DNA of 54,006 nt, from positions 1 to 54,006 of the forward strand of contig NW_021833857.1 of assembly GCF_006345805.1 (NCBI RefSeq). Direction: 5' to 3'. This DNA comes from Octopus sinensis. Lineage: Eukaryota. The notes below the pieces were generated by a model. The model was not told the DNA's origin. It saw only the letters and a program-made list of their open reading frames with translations, and did not search any database. The translations under genes and the position numbers were made by a program. This document shows, piece by piece, positions 1 through 11,925 of the stretch; position 1 is the first letter of the stretch; every line of letters begins with the position of its first letter.

Positions 1-123
1 TGTTAGCTTAAGAGTCAATTAAGTAACGAAGTTTGTTACAGTCTACTGTAAGGTCTCTGTGGGGTTTCCCCTGTCAGTAGTTATTTTCGCACTGTTGGAG
101 ATCTAACGCCAAATGCAGTATAT

Positions 124-126
<3 letters not shown>

Positions 127-165
<39 letters not shown>

Positions 166-368
166 CAGCATATAAACACAGTTTACGCACACACACATAT
201 ATATATATATGTAGATATTTATCTATGTGTAGATATAGTGTATCTATATGTAATCTTATATATAATGTTTGTATACTTGTGTATAACATATACATACTAT
301 TAGAGACATATATATATAACGTATATATATCTATATATATCTGCCTACCAATCTATTCTTCTATTCAC

Positions 369-419
<51 letters not shown>

Positions 420-606
420 CGTGTGTGTGCGTGTGTGTGTATGTGTGTGTGTGTATGTGTGTGCTTGTATGTACGGAAGAACGCTAAACTTACACACACA
501 CACACGTGCACATACATACAAGCACATGCACGTAGGCACACACATACACACACATACACACACATACACACACACACACATATATATATATAGAGAGAGA
601 GAGAGT

Positions 607-641
<35 letters not shown>

Positions 642-699
642 AAAGAGAGGAGTAAGCGTGAAAGACTGTGTAAGAAATGTGATACGTAACGTTTGAGTG

Positions 700-739
<40 letters not shown>

Positions 740-1262
740 TGTATGTGTAACGCATTGTAATCTGTTCTATAGCTCTGTAACCAAAATATATAGCTGTGAA
801 CTTTAAGAACTGTTGATGGAAACCAATCGCTGTATTGGTGTTGGCTCCCTTACATATCACACGAGCTCTTTGCTTACTTCTCCAAATCGGTCTCTCTCTG
901 GTTCCTCGCTATGTTCTTTCACTATTTTCTATATAAAGTCTATCAGTATAAACACACACACACACACACCACACACACACACACACGCATACACGCCACA
1001 TACATAAATACCATACATGTGTGTTAGTGGGTCTGCGTGTAGGTAGAAAAATAAAGACACCATTTAATATTGTGTGCGTGCATTTACACACACACACACA
1101 CACACATGCATATACATACATACACACATACATACATGCATGCACACACACATACGCACACACCACACAAACACACATATATGTATACAGACACACACAC
1201 ACATCCTCCCATGGTGGTGTGTGAGACGCTTTATTCAAGTGTCGTTGTGTACTTGTTTGTAA

Positions 1263-1306
<44 letters not shown>

Positions 1307-1320
1307 ATATTTATATATAT

Positions 1321-1394
<74 letters not shown>

Positions 1395-1425
1395 TAGATA
1401 TAGATAGATAGATAGATAGATAGAT
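127..1425. repeat. Compound microsatellites (CA, TA, TG, GA, TATC, GATA) with short unique spacers
   Basis: Direct inspection. Confidence 0.95.
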
Positions 1426-1997
1426 ACGCATTCGTGCGTCGTGCACGTTTGTTCCAGAAATTCACATGTTTATGGTGTCTAGTGTTAACTATTTAAAGCT
1501 AAGATATTTTCTGGTCGTACAAAAGATGGATGGCTGCCATGTAATATAAAAGATTCTGAAAAGCTATGCTCGTCATTGTTATATTTGTTTAGCCCTGAGT
1601 GTATAGACCTCGGATCAAATGCCTCCAGACCATAATAATATTTTTTTGTCTTTTTTTTTTATATCAGGTATTCTTTCATCCAAGGTATCCTTTTTAAGAC
1701 TTGTAACTTGAAGGCGATTTTAGCAACGTAATAGCGTAGCAAATTCTTCATTCGCTTGGCGTTGTGTTGTTGGGAGATTTTCGATATTTTTCGATCAAAT
1801 ATTAGTGACTTAGTTGTCGAAAACAGGTGATCGAAAAAGATAGTCGAAAAAAGTTCCTCGGAAAGCAAACAAAATAGATAAATATATTAGATATAATAAA
1901 ACAGTTAATAGAAGTGACAATTCCCCGAATTAACAAATCATCGAATATTTTTTCTATTATAATTTCAAATTTTATTTCAGATTTGGACAAACCAGTA

Positions 1998-2374
1998 ATT
2001 TTTAGGGGTGGGATAACTCGATTACTTCGACAACAGTACTCAATTGATATATATTTTATCGGACCCCAAAGGACGAAAGGCAAAGTCAACCTCGGCGGAA
2101 TTTGAACTCAGTTCGTAAAGACGGGACGAAATATGCTGTTTTGCCCGGCGTGCTAACGATTTTTTTCTACTCTAGGTACAAGGCCTGAAATTTTGAGGGT
2201 AGGGGGCCCAGTCGATTAGATCGACTCCACGCAAAAGGTACTTAATTTATCGACCCCGAAAGGATGAAAGGCAATGCCGATCTCGACGGAATTTCAACTC
2301 AGAAAATAAAGACAGACGAAATACCGCTAAGCATTTCACCCAGTGTGCTAACGGTTCCGTCAGCTTGCTGCCTT
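1998..2374 (-). mobile_element. Two tandem SINE family A copies (tRNA head + CCTTTCATCCTTTCGGGGTCGATAAA core)
   Basis: Repeated many times in the window; A box TGGCAGAA, B box GAGTTCAAATTCC. Confidence 0.85.
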
Positions 2375-2660
2375 AATTACAAATTCTGTTAACAACATAT
2401 TTTTACAGGAATAAAAGAAAAACATTAAAGATGAAATTAGCGAGAAAAGGAAAGACAATCATAACTTCTTCACTCAGGAAACAAAAACAAAGGCGGCTCC
2501 TCCTCCTCCTTCTTCTTCTTCTTCCAATCAGGACTCACGCCATTAGCCACAAAGTATAATCTCTAATTCGAGCCTACTGTAAGCTACTAAGAATGCGTGT
2601 AGCAACTTGAAGATCCACCCACCACATGCAATAGTCTGGTGGTTGCACGGGCGCTAAAAG

Positions 2661-2755
2661 CTACGTTGTTATCCTCATTCCGTAAACGTTAGCTTTTAAC
2701 GGGTGGAGAGCTGAACCATCCTGGGGTACAGAGGATTCGCAATCTAGACTAGGGT
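2661..2755 (-). CDS. Candidate terminal exon (phase 1->stop): HPSLDCESSVPQDGSALHPLKANVYGMRITT*
   Basis: Acceptor aaactttcag; in phase with the 4357-4399 exon. Confidence 0.3.
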
Positions 2756-2814
2756 CTGAAAGTTTACCACACGATAGTGGGTTACACCATGGTACATCTG
2801 CTTTTTTGTAGAAG

Positions 2815-3005
2815 TAGGAAGAAAGTGTGAGAGAAAGTTGTGGTGAAAGAGTTACAGCGGGGTTCACCACCATTCCCCGCCGGAGCCTCGTGGAGCTTTG
2901 GGTGTTTTTGCTCAATAAACACACACAATGCCCGGTCTGGGAATCGAAACCTCGTTCTTACGACCGCGAGTCCGCTGCCCTAACCACTGGGCCATTTCGC
3001 CTCCA
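2815..3005 (-). mobile_element. SINE family D, 5' half
   Basis: Matches the head and first part of 37851-38236. Confidence 0.8.
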
Positions 3006-3826
3006 CGCGTCTGCTGCTGCAGCGAGTGTCGGTGGCCATTCTCCGCGGCAACGGCTTTGCAATCGTGTCCGCGCCATTTGGGCTGCGGTGTACAACCCGT
3101 TACTCCCCACCCCACCACCTTCTGCTCCTTAATTCCCATTACTCTTTCTTTTTTTTCTTTTTTTTCTCGTTGTTTTCTTGATGAGGTAGTTATGTGTTTC
3201 GTTTTTTCCTCTCTCGATAATTTAACCTTTTATACTTTAATTTTTTTTTTCCTGTAAAAACACGTTGTTAATTATCGAATTATCAGCAAATATTCAAAAT
3301 ACGGGAAACAGGTTAAAGGTAGAAAAGAAAATAACATTTATCGTTGTGTTTTATTAAAATATTTATTTGATTGAAACGTTATACAACATATCATCTTACG
3401 TTATTGCCAACTGCATACACACAGACATACGTGTGTGAGTGTACGTACTTGTGTGTGTGTGATGTTCATGCCTACAAGTCAACAACATTGGTTTTTAGAC
3501 TGTAAACATATGACAGACAGACACACGCACACATGTAAACTTCAACTGGTTATATATTCCAAAAGAAAGAAATTATTTTAATGAAACGAGAGACAATATA
3601 GCTTTATTAAAACATTTTAATATTTTCTATAATTCTGTTAATTGTTGATTCGAGCAACTGTTACTTCCGTCTATTGTTATGCTGGTCAACTGCTTTCGAT
3701 AAATTGCTTTCGATCAACTGTCTGCTTATCCCTAAGTCTACAAATGAAAGTCATCCTGGAAATAGGAAAAGTGACATAATATTGTGAGGCATATTATCTT
3801 CTGCTCAGCACATCCAAATTCTATAG

Positions 3827-4154
3827 CAGAGGTTCTCAAACTTTTTGCTTCCCCCTCATGGTCACATAATACCCCCAGCGCCCCACTCCTATTTTTATGT
3901 ATAAATAAATATTTTATATTTTACTAATTTATATATACTATGAATCATTTGATATTTAATATTATATTATATAATTTGTATACAATACTATAATGATATA
4001 AATTCATAGCGTCCCCCAATTCACTGCCTTCCTCCCAACGCCTCCTTTTTCTCTAAGGCCCTCCACCATACAACACAGAACTTAGACACCAGTGCCCACC
4101 TGGACCTTCTCAACGCCCACCGGGGAGCGGCAGCGCCCACTTTGAGAACCTATG
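3827..4154. mobile_element. hAT-type MITE
   Basis: TIRs CAGAGGTTCTCAAA / TTTGAGAACCTATG; 8-bp TSD TTCTATAG / TTCTATTG. Confidence 0.85.
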
Positions 4155-4356
4155 TTCTATTGTAATGGTTTTAGTGCCAAGACATTCAGAAGAGATGGAA
4201 GGGTAACTCCTGTGTTAAAGATCGTTGCACTAAGTTACAATATAGGGCTATCCACCTTGACCACCAAATGAATGCTATCGCAAACCACTGAGATCAAACT
4301 TCGACCGAACTCTAATCGAAACAGATCAGAATTCGATGGAAGAGAGACCAACTCAC

Positions 4357-4399
4357 GAAACATGTACTCAGGAAGGCATCTGACATCTTCGGTGTTGGA
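4357..4399 (-). CDS. Candidate exon (phase 0->1): SNTEDVRCLPEYMF
   Basis: Very strong acceptor ttttttttatttcccag and donor GTGAGT. Confidence 0.4.
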
Positions 4400-4419
4400 C
4401 TGGGAAATAAAAAAAAAGG

Positions 4420-5290
4420 TACGTCTTCTAGCGCATTTTCACCGGTAGTTTGTTTATACCTCCATCGTTGCACATCATCTGCTCCCATCTTCTCCTTAGT
4501 CAGTACACTGTTCCCTCTTTCTACCTGCAGGATATTCTGTATACCTATTAGCTATTCGCTTGCAATTCGAAAGATCGTGTATTTCACGTCATCCTCAGGA
4601 GTAAATAGGTTCCTACTTGGACATCTTGTTCATTTTTGATAAGGGTTCGCTTTTCTATTCAGGGTTTGCTATTTCCAGTTGCCTCTGCTGTTGTCTTCCG
4701 TTATCTTTTTCTCTCTCCTCCCAACCTTTTCTTATTTTATTTTATTCAAGTTTTCCATTCTAAGTTGTTAATTAAACTTTCACTGGTCCGTACTTCTACT
4801 CATGGAGGCACTTGGGCCTTCTGCTGTGCACCTCCTATCTGATCGACTTCTACTTTGCTTTCACAGTGGTGATTCACTGATTGTAGTTCCATCCACTTTG
4901 CATTTCTTAGATGTTGGTAATTCTGATTCCAAATGTCACTGGATGATTTTTGTTTTCTTTTCGTTCATCAGTATGTCACTGCTCGCTTGTATATTTAATA
5001 ACCCTAATAAGTTGAGAGGGGCATAACGTATCGCATAACTTTACAGATGTTGTTCATATTACATACCTGACAGTCCACGTTTACTTCACAATAAAGACTC
5101 ACTGAAACAATTGCTGTGGTACCATATACCTCACGCAGGTATTTTTATCATGCTTTTACGCCACACTTAAGTTTCCATTCATATCTGGATACAATCGGAG
5201 TTGCATATTACCATACAACACAGAACTTCCCTTGATCGAGATACTCTGAGCTATGGTAAGGGATTATTTAACTGTCTGATTTGCATCATT
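4420..5290 (-). mobile_element. Highly degraded RTE-like LINE reverse transcriptase remnant
   Basis: Fragmentary minus-strand motifs GVK(RQG)..LF, NMNNI..YA(DD), MNEKKTKI, SDRRCTAE. Confidence 0.5.
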
Positions 5291-5313
5291 CTGTCTAACC
5301 ATTAATCCTTTAA

Positions 5314-5536
5314 CCCATTAAGTCCCAGAGTACTTAAATTTTTGAATATTACTTTTAAATTTTTACAGATGATTGAAAATAGGTTAAAAAAAAAAAAATA
5401 ATTATTAAAACTCCTCTACTTCAAGTAGAAATGGAAATACTCGGTGTCCTATAAATAGGACACTGAGACAATGTGATATAGCTTATTTAATGTTCTCATT
5501 TAGTGTCCTATTTATAGGACAGTGGGACTTAATGGG
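5314..5536. mobile_element. piggyBac-type MITE
   Basis: TTAA-CCCATTAAGTCCCA ... TGGGACTTAATGGG-TTAT. Confidence 0.75.
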
Positions 5537-6412
5537 TTATGGTCGAGTGTGGTTTATTGGCACAAGATGCTTTTTTCCACAGAGGATGGGTGTAGATTAT
5601 TGACACGCTGCTAAATATTGAAGAAGACGTGTGCATATAAGCAACATTTGCGGTATAAGCTATTTGATTGATTATCATGTATTTTTTTTGTGTCCCGCAC
5701 GAAAAGACTTGCTATTTATACCCGGTTAATAAAGGATTAATTGTGGCGTGCTTCACGTTAATATTCCTAGATCTTTAATGGACCCCCTTTAATCACATAT
5801 ATGCATTTAATAGCAACGAAAGCAGTATTATACCAAAGTGCAATCTTTATCGCCAACTTAACTTGGAGGTTGTGCTAGAGCACAGAACACTGCACTATTT
5901 GCCGTGAGAGAACTTCTAATATGAACACGTGGTGCATAAAATCACTTGTATTTATATCGCTGACAGACGAGAACCGACTGCAACGACCGCCAGAACTGCC
6001 AGGTCATGTGATTTCACCGTTTTAGGCTCCTCAGAAACAGACAACCAGTAGAAACATGACAACCAGCCGAATCTTGTCAACGATCTTCAGAACATCAGAG
6101 TCTGTTCAGGTATTGATTTGTCAAATAAACACGAGTGTCTTATATACCATGAGTTCTTGTGAAAAGTCCTCTCAAGATAAATAACTCAGCATTGTGTGTT
6201 CTAAGATAACATCAAAGTTAAGTTGGAGATAGACATTGCCTTTTGATATATATATATATTCGACTTGATTCAGCCCTGTATGAGACCGAAAGTTAAAAAG
6301 GAGAAAGTAACTATATATTTCTTTAATGGTTATCGATATTGGATGCATAACCAAAAATGTAATACAAAAAAAGACCCAAAAGCAAACAACTAAAGTATGT
6401 TATGAAGCCTAC

Positions 6413-6474
6413 AGAGCGGGAAAATGCAAGACACATAGCCATAAAAACTATAGCAATAACAAAAACAACAGCAA
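6413..6474 (-). CDS. Candidate transmembrane exon (phase 1->0): IAVVFVIAIVFMAMCLAFSRS
   Basis: Acceptor ggtttttttag, donor GTAGGC, in phase; partly low-complexity (GTT) sequence. Confidence 0.35.
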
Positions 6475-6520
6475 CTAAAAAAACCAACAACAGCAACAAC
6501 AATAATGATAATTATTAGTT

Positions 6521-6667
6521 CACATTTTTGTCACGAGGGCAGCTTGGGGGAGGTGGGGATGAGCTGATTATATCGGCCCCAATGTTCAACTGGTACTTAT
6601 TTTATCGACCCCCGAAAGGATGAAAGGCAAAGTCGACCTCGGCGGAACATGAACTCAAAACGTAGAA
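6521..6667 (-). mobile_element. SINE family A, 5'-truncated
   Basis: GAAAGGATGAAAGGCAAAGTCGACCTCGGCGG core. Confidence 0.85.
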
Positions 6668-6708
6668 CAACAACAATGATAATTATAATAGAAAAAATGT
6701 TAACGTAC

Positions 6709-6847
6709 TTTCTATGCTATCATCCGGTGATTTAACCCCATTCAATTCTTCTTCGGATGCGTAGGTACCTCGTGTAAGGTTGAGATACATAAATTCACTG
6801 TCCAGTGTTTCATTGCTGCTTTGATCTGTGCAACAGATGGCTTTTAC
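6709..6847 (-). CDS. Exon (phase 0->1): VKAICC...NLTRGTYASEEELNGVKSPDDSIE (end of FN3-3 + acidic stalk)
   Basis: Acceptor ctaccacacag, donor GTACGT; completes YKIR|VKA. Confidence 0.75.
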
Positions 6848-6980
6848 CTGTGTGGTAGATATAACTATATACAAATATGCACACATCCAAATGAACACGC
6901 TTACATACGGACAAAGATATATACATATATGATACATGATATACAGATAATGAACCAAATAAACACGCTTGGGCCAGATG

Positions 6981-6982
<2 letters not shown>

Positions 6983-7073
<91 letters not shown>

Positions 7074-7311
7074 TATATATATGTAAAGAGAGAGAGAGAG
7101 AGAGAGAGGAGTGAGGGAAAGAGAAAGAAACAAAAACTGAAAATATTCAGAAGATAAACGTTCATATATGAGCGTATAATATTTATATATTTAGAGAACA
7201 GATTTACATGGAGTATAGAGATATTTCAGGTCCGACAGCTGTTTCTGGGGACTCAGGACTATGTAATAGTTGTAACGTTACGAAAAGGTCAAGAAAGTGC
7301 AATCAGAAGTG

Positions 7312-7372
<61 letters not shown>
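6983..7372. repeat. (TA)n/(GA)n tracts
   Basis: 6983-7110 and 7314-7372. Confidence 0.9.
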
Positions 7373-7512
7373 AGAGACAAAAAAGAGTGAAAAAACTACA
7401 GAAGGCTTGTGTTATATGGTTAAAGAATATATTTAAATCGTTATGCTTGAAAAATGTTATAGAATTTTGCGTATAGTAACATAGTGGTGGTCGACAAGAT
7501 GTACCACATGTG

Positions 7513-7778
7513 CTATATAGTTGCTGTTGCATAGCCCTTTGACCCAAGAATAGTCAAGGAGGAAGGTAAAGAAACTGATAAATACAACCCTCTTAAGTAC
7601 GAAATAGCCCGGCTATGGAAAATGAAGAATGTAAAGATAGTGCCAATTATTGTTGGGTCTTTGGGAAAAGTATCATCAAGAAGAATATCAATGAAATTGG
7701 AATAGAGTGCCCAGTAGAACTGTTACAGTTTGCTTTCTTGGCACGGCCAGAATAACCAGGGAAGTATTAAATAACTGT
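7513..7778 (+). mobile_element. 3' remnant of an RLE-type non-LTR retrotransposon (R4/Dong/NeSL-like)
   Basis: IVAVA*PFDPRIVKEEGKETDKYNPLKYEIARLWKMKNVKIVPIIVGSLG...IGIECPVELLQ...GTARITREVL. Confidence 0.75.
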
Positions 7779-7796
7779 AAAAAATGGATAGCATGG

Positions 7797-8660
7797 TACT
7801 TTTTGAGCGGGATGGGCCACTCGACCTGAAAAGAATCCTAACTGGGCCCCAACTACAAGGTCATGCGCTGTTTATCTTGATATGGGATCACCATATCGCG
7901 CACATATTTTTTTTCTGTAGTTTCAGCTCAGAGCTGCGGCCATGCTGATGCACCGCCGTTATGATTGTGATACATGTGCCTGGTGTACTCTTATCAGACG
8001 GGCAGTTATGATGAGTATACTGGGCTTTGTATATTTTACCCCAGTGTCACTTTGATGGCATGCACTGCTCACTCACTCAAAAATAATAATAATAATAATA
8101 ATGCCCTGATGCTGTACCAGGCAGTGGCTCTCGTCTCTTCTGATCTTAACTGGCTGGAAGTGTTATCATGTACATTGTTTTGTCTTGGTATAAAAGATGG
8201 GCTACAGCAAATATTCTGCTCAATACCACAGATTTGCTTGTCAGTTGTTTGATCTTAACCAGTTGAGCATGTCCCTTAATGGCTGACGATATGTGCATCT
8301 CTGATCATGAGCAGAAGTATTGGGGGAGCATCATAGCCGTGTATTGAGAGGGATTCTTTGGGGTTTGAATAATTCACCTCTGGAAACATGGGTGTTTCGT
8401 TCAACATCCTTAAACAACCCTTATTCTGGGACCTTTTGAGTGGGATGGGTTACTCGGCCAGAAGAAAATTCTAACTGGGCCCCACCTGCAAGGTCATGTG
8501 CTGTTTATCTTGATATGAGATCACCATGTCGCGCACATATGGCTGTGATGCATGTACCTGGTGTACCATTATCAGTCTGGTAGTCATGATGGGTATAATG
8601 GGCTTCGTATATTTTACCCCAGTGTCACTTTGATGGCATGCACTGCTCTCTCACTCAATA
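7797..8660 (+). mobile_element. Tandem copies of an (AAT)n-tailed repeat (5'-truncated 7797-8100; longer 8102-8660)
   Basis: 7797-8100 matches 8433-8660, both ending CACTCA(AAA)-(AAT)n. Confidence 0.75.
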
Positions 8661-8672
8661 ATAATAATAATA

Positions 8673-8716
<44 letters not shown>

Positions 8717-8810
8717 TAATAATAATAGTAGTAATAATAATAATGATAATAATAATAATAGTAATAATAATAATGATAATAATAATAATAGTAATAATAA
8801 TAATGACAAT

Positions 8811-8854
<44 letters not shown>

Positions 8855-8867
8855 TAATAATAACAAC

Positions 8868-8905
<38 letters not shown>

Positions 8906-8943
8906 TAATAATAACAACAATAATAATAATAATAATAATAATA

Positions 8944-8982
<39 letters not shown>

Positions 8983-9058
8983 TGATGATGATAATAATAA
9001 TAATAATAATTATAATGATAATAACAACAACAACAAAAACAAAGCTTAATAATAATAG
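8657..9058. repeat. Long (AAT)n microsatellite with AGT/GAT/AAC variants
   Basis: Direct inspection. Confidence 0.95.
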
Positions 9059-9079
9059 TGGTGTGTCGAAACGACTTAC

Positions 9080-9315
9080 CCGTATTTTATAGACGAGGCC
9101 AATATCCAGTTTTAGAACGACATAATTTAGTGAGGTAACAAGTTTGCCTACAACAATCCGATCGATTGTCTCACTCACTTCAGGTCCCTGCCAAGAAACG
9201 CTGTATTTCACATTAAGCTTATTAAACGGTGCTACCCAGGAGATGTTCGCCATTACTTTTTCTATGCTAATGTTATAAGTTAGCGAAGCATTGTTCAGAA
9301 ACCACTGGATCTCAC
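9080..9315 (-). CDS. Exon (phase 1->0): FN3 domain 3 (ANISWVAP...KYSVSW...GLVYKIR)
   Basis: Acceptor tttctacttacacag, donor GTAAGT; 236 nt within ORF 8651..9496. Confidence 0.85.
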
Positions 9316-9526
9316 CTGTGTAAGTAGAAAAAAAAAGATAGAAAATAAAATGGCGACATTGAGATTTATACTGACGGGCGAAGAAGAAAATCCAGATGTG
9401 GTTCAGAAATCTGGACATCACAGTTCTACAATCAAGTCTATTCGTATATAAAGAGGACTTTGGATTTCGTTGCACGTAAGTATGCACGTTAAACATGGAT
9501 GTGTTTGTATGATTTACATGAAAATA

Positions 9527-9675
9527 TACCGTATTTTAACGTGTATAAGGAACCCCCTAATTTTGAGGGCTTAAAATTTGGAAAAAAGTTTTTGTAAAGA
9601 ATCATAATACTATCCATGTATAAGAAACCTAATTTTTGACAAAAAAGGGTTCCTTATATACGTAGAAATACTGTA
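9527..9675. mobile_element. Tc1/pogo-type MITE
   Basis: TIRs TACCGTATTTTAACGTGTATAAGGAACCC / GGGTTCCTTATATACGTAGAAATACTGTA with TA ends. Confidence 0.75.
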
Positions 9676-9704
9676 AATAATGACATATATTTTCTATGTT
9701 ATAT

Positions 9705-9995
9705 TGAAGGGCAAAGACCTCCTTGGGTTATGAATGACATTAGATTGCGCCTAGAAAGTTACCCTTCAAGGCACAATACCGGGTGAGGCTGTTTATGGAA
9801 GACTAGTAGTTGCCCATGCATACCGGCCTCCTTTCTCTACGCCACCGATAATACCCAAGGGAAAAGCAAAGGCCGATACAGATTGGCACCAATGACGTCG
9901 CAACTCATTTCTACAGGTGAGTGAACAGAAGCAACGTGAAATAAAGTGTCTTGTTCAAGAACACAACACGCAGCCGGGTTCAGGAATCAAACTCA
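9705..9995 (-). mobile_element. SINE family C (shared GTGTTCTTGAGCAAGACACTTTATTTCACG body), tail type 1
   Basis: Same tail at 15140-15420. Confidence 0.75.
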
Positions 9996-10269
9996 TTACC
10001 TCATATATAATCGCTTTGACGTCTACTTTCATGCTGGCATCGATCAGACGGAATTCGCTGATGCAGATTTTCTACGGCCGGACGCTCTTCTTTTTATTGA
10101 TTATTACAGTCTTCTGGGTGCTTTTAACATTATATATCATATATGTTATATATGTACTATATCAATATATATGTAATTTATATGTATTATATATAAGTAA
10201 TAATTAAATACTCTACAATGCACTTTGTCTTATTTTGTTATGCACTTGATCCCCTGTTCCGTAGAAAAA

Positions 10270-10434
10270 GGCGTGGCTGTATGGTAAGTAGCTTGCTTAC
10301 CAACCACATGGTTCCGGGTTCAGTCCCACCGCATGGCATCTTAGGCAAGCATTTTCTACTATAGCCTCGGGCCGACCAAAGCCTTGTGAGTGGATTTGGT
10401 AGACGGAAACTGGAAGAATCCCGTCGTATGTAAG

Positions 10435-10475
<41 letters not shown>

Positions 10476-10694
10476 TGTGTGTGTATATGTTTGTATTTAT
10501 TCCCCCACGATCGCTTGACAACCGATGTTGGTGTGTTTACGTCCCCGTAACTTAACGGCTAGGCAAAAATAGACCGATAGAATAAACACTAAGCTTACGA
10601 AGAATAAACCCTGGGGGTCGACTTATTCGACTAAAGGTGGTGCTCCAGCATGGCCGCAGTCAAATGACTGAAACAAGTGAAAGAGTAAAAGAGT
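10270..10694 (+). mobile_element. SINE family B (tRNA head, CTTGGGCAAGTGTCTTC-type body, internal (TA)/(TG) microsatellite, conserved 3' half)
   Basis: GTGGCTGT.TGGTAAGTAGCTTGC...GGTTCAGTCCCAC head; ends CAAATGACTGAAACAAGT. Confidence 0.9.
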
Positions 10695-10721
10695 ATACAT
10701 GTATACTTAAATCAAAAAAGT

Positions 10722-10997
10722 GGCACCCCGTCGGTTGCGATGGCGAGGATTCCAGTTGATCCGATCAACGGAAAAGCCTGCTCGTGCGATTAACGTGCAA
10801 GTAGCTGAGTACTCCACAGACACGTAGGTCTTAGGACAAGATAGACCCTTTGAATTACAACTACTACTCATTTCTAACAGCTGAGTGGGCTGGAGTAACG
10901 TGAAATAAAGTGTCTTGCTGAAGGAGACATCGCACCAATGAGTATTGAACCGACGACCCTATGACCGTGAGCTGAATACCGTAACCACTAAGCCATC
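10722..10997 (-). mobile_element. SINE family C with a family D-type tail
   Basis: Same structure at 23085-23415 and 25630-25937. Confidence 0.75.
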
Positions 10998-11282
10998 ACA
11001 TACATTACATGCATACATAGATATATACATACATACTCACACATGTACATATACGTGTGTTTGAGGAGAGATCGCGGGGAGAAAGCAATCCAGAAGATAA
11101 GAAAGTACCTCCGTGTCCATTAGATATCATACCTAAACAAAGAAAACGACGAGCACTACACTCGCACGCGCACACACATAGACACAGCAAACGAAACGAG
11201 AAGCAAACACCAGTTAAAACATTACGTATACTCAAACACAAACCGGTTAAACATATTACAGCAGATTTACACAGGGACATAC

Positions 11283-11448
11283 CTATTGGTGGCAGTGGCA
11301 AGATTCGATGCTCGCAGTACGTAATGGTCTCGTCAGGTGTCAGGCATTTTGGTGTGGTAATGTCAATGTCTCTGGCCGGTTTCGCATTCCACTCAACTCG
11401 GATGGTATAATGGGAGTTATACTTGATATTGGTCAAATTAAGTTCCGG
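11283..11448 (-). CDS. Exon (phase 0->1): PELNLTNIKYNSHYTIRV...TPKCL...YCEHRILPLPPI
   Basis: Acceptor ttttttcacag, donor GTATGT; FN3 LxNLxxxxxYxIRV-type motif. Confidence 0.85.
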
Positions 11449-11792
11449 CTGTGAAAAAAGTATATTTAATTGAAAGAATAAAATACATAAATTGATAAGT
11501 CAGAATTATATTTAATATTGATAGGAGAGTATGGTAGTTCGCTTGAAGCATTGTGTATTGTTTTTAAAATATAATGTGTCTTGAATGACACAACAATGCA
11601 CTGTTGTAATTTAATTATCCATAATCTGATATAATAATATTTCGGAATACAAAATTTCCTTCTTCAGATATCACTAGGAATTGTTCGAGTCACTGCTACA
11701 ATCTGCACGTGTACTGTAAAACTTAGAAGAAGCGATGCGGATGTGCCAACACATACGAGCTTGAGACATCGCCATTCATATATATATTTATG

Positions 11793-11883
<91 letters not shown>

Positions 11884-11925
11884 TATATATATGTATGTAT
11901 ATGTATGTATGTATGTATATATATA

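Noticed and set aside
1777-3735. GATCGAAA-rich blocks at about 1780-1860 and 3640-3735 as TIRs of one MULE-like element
   Set aside because: Similarity is loose and there is no TSD; they could be independent remnants.
8651-9496. 281-aa ORF with a poly-I/poly-L tail
   Set aside because: Only 9080-9315 is a real exon; the rest is intron and (ATT)n read-through.
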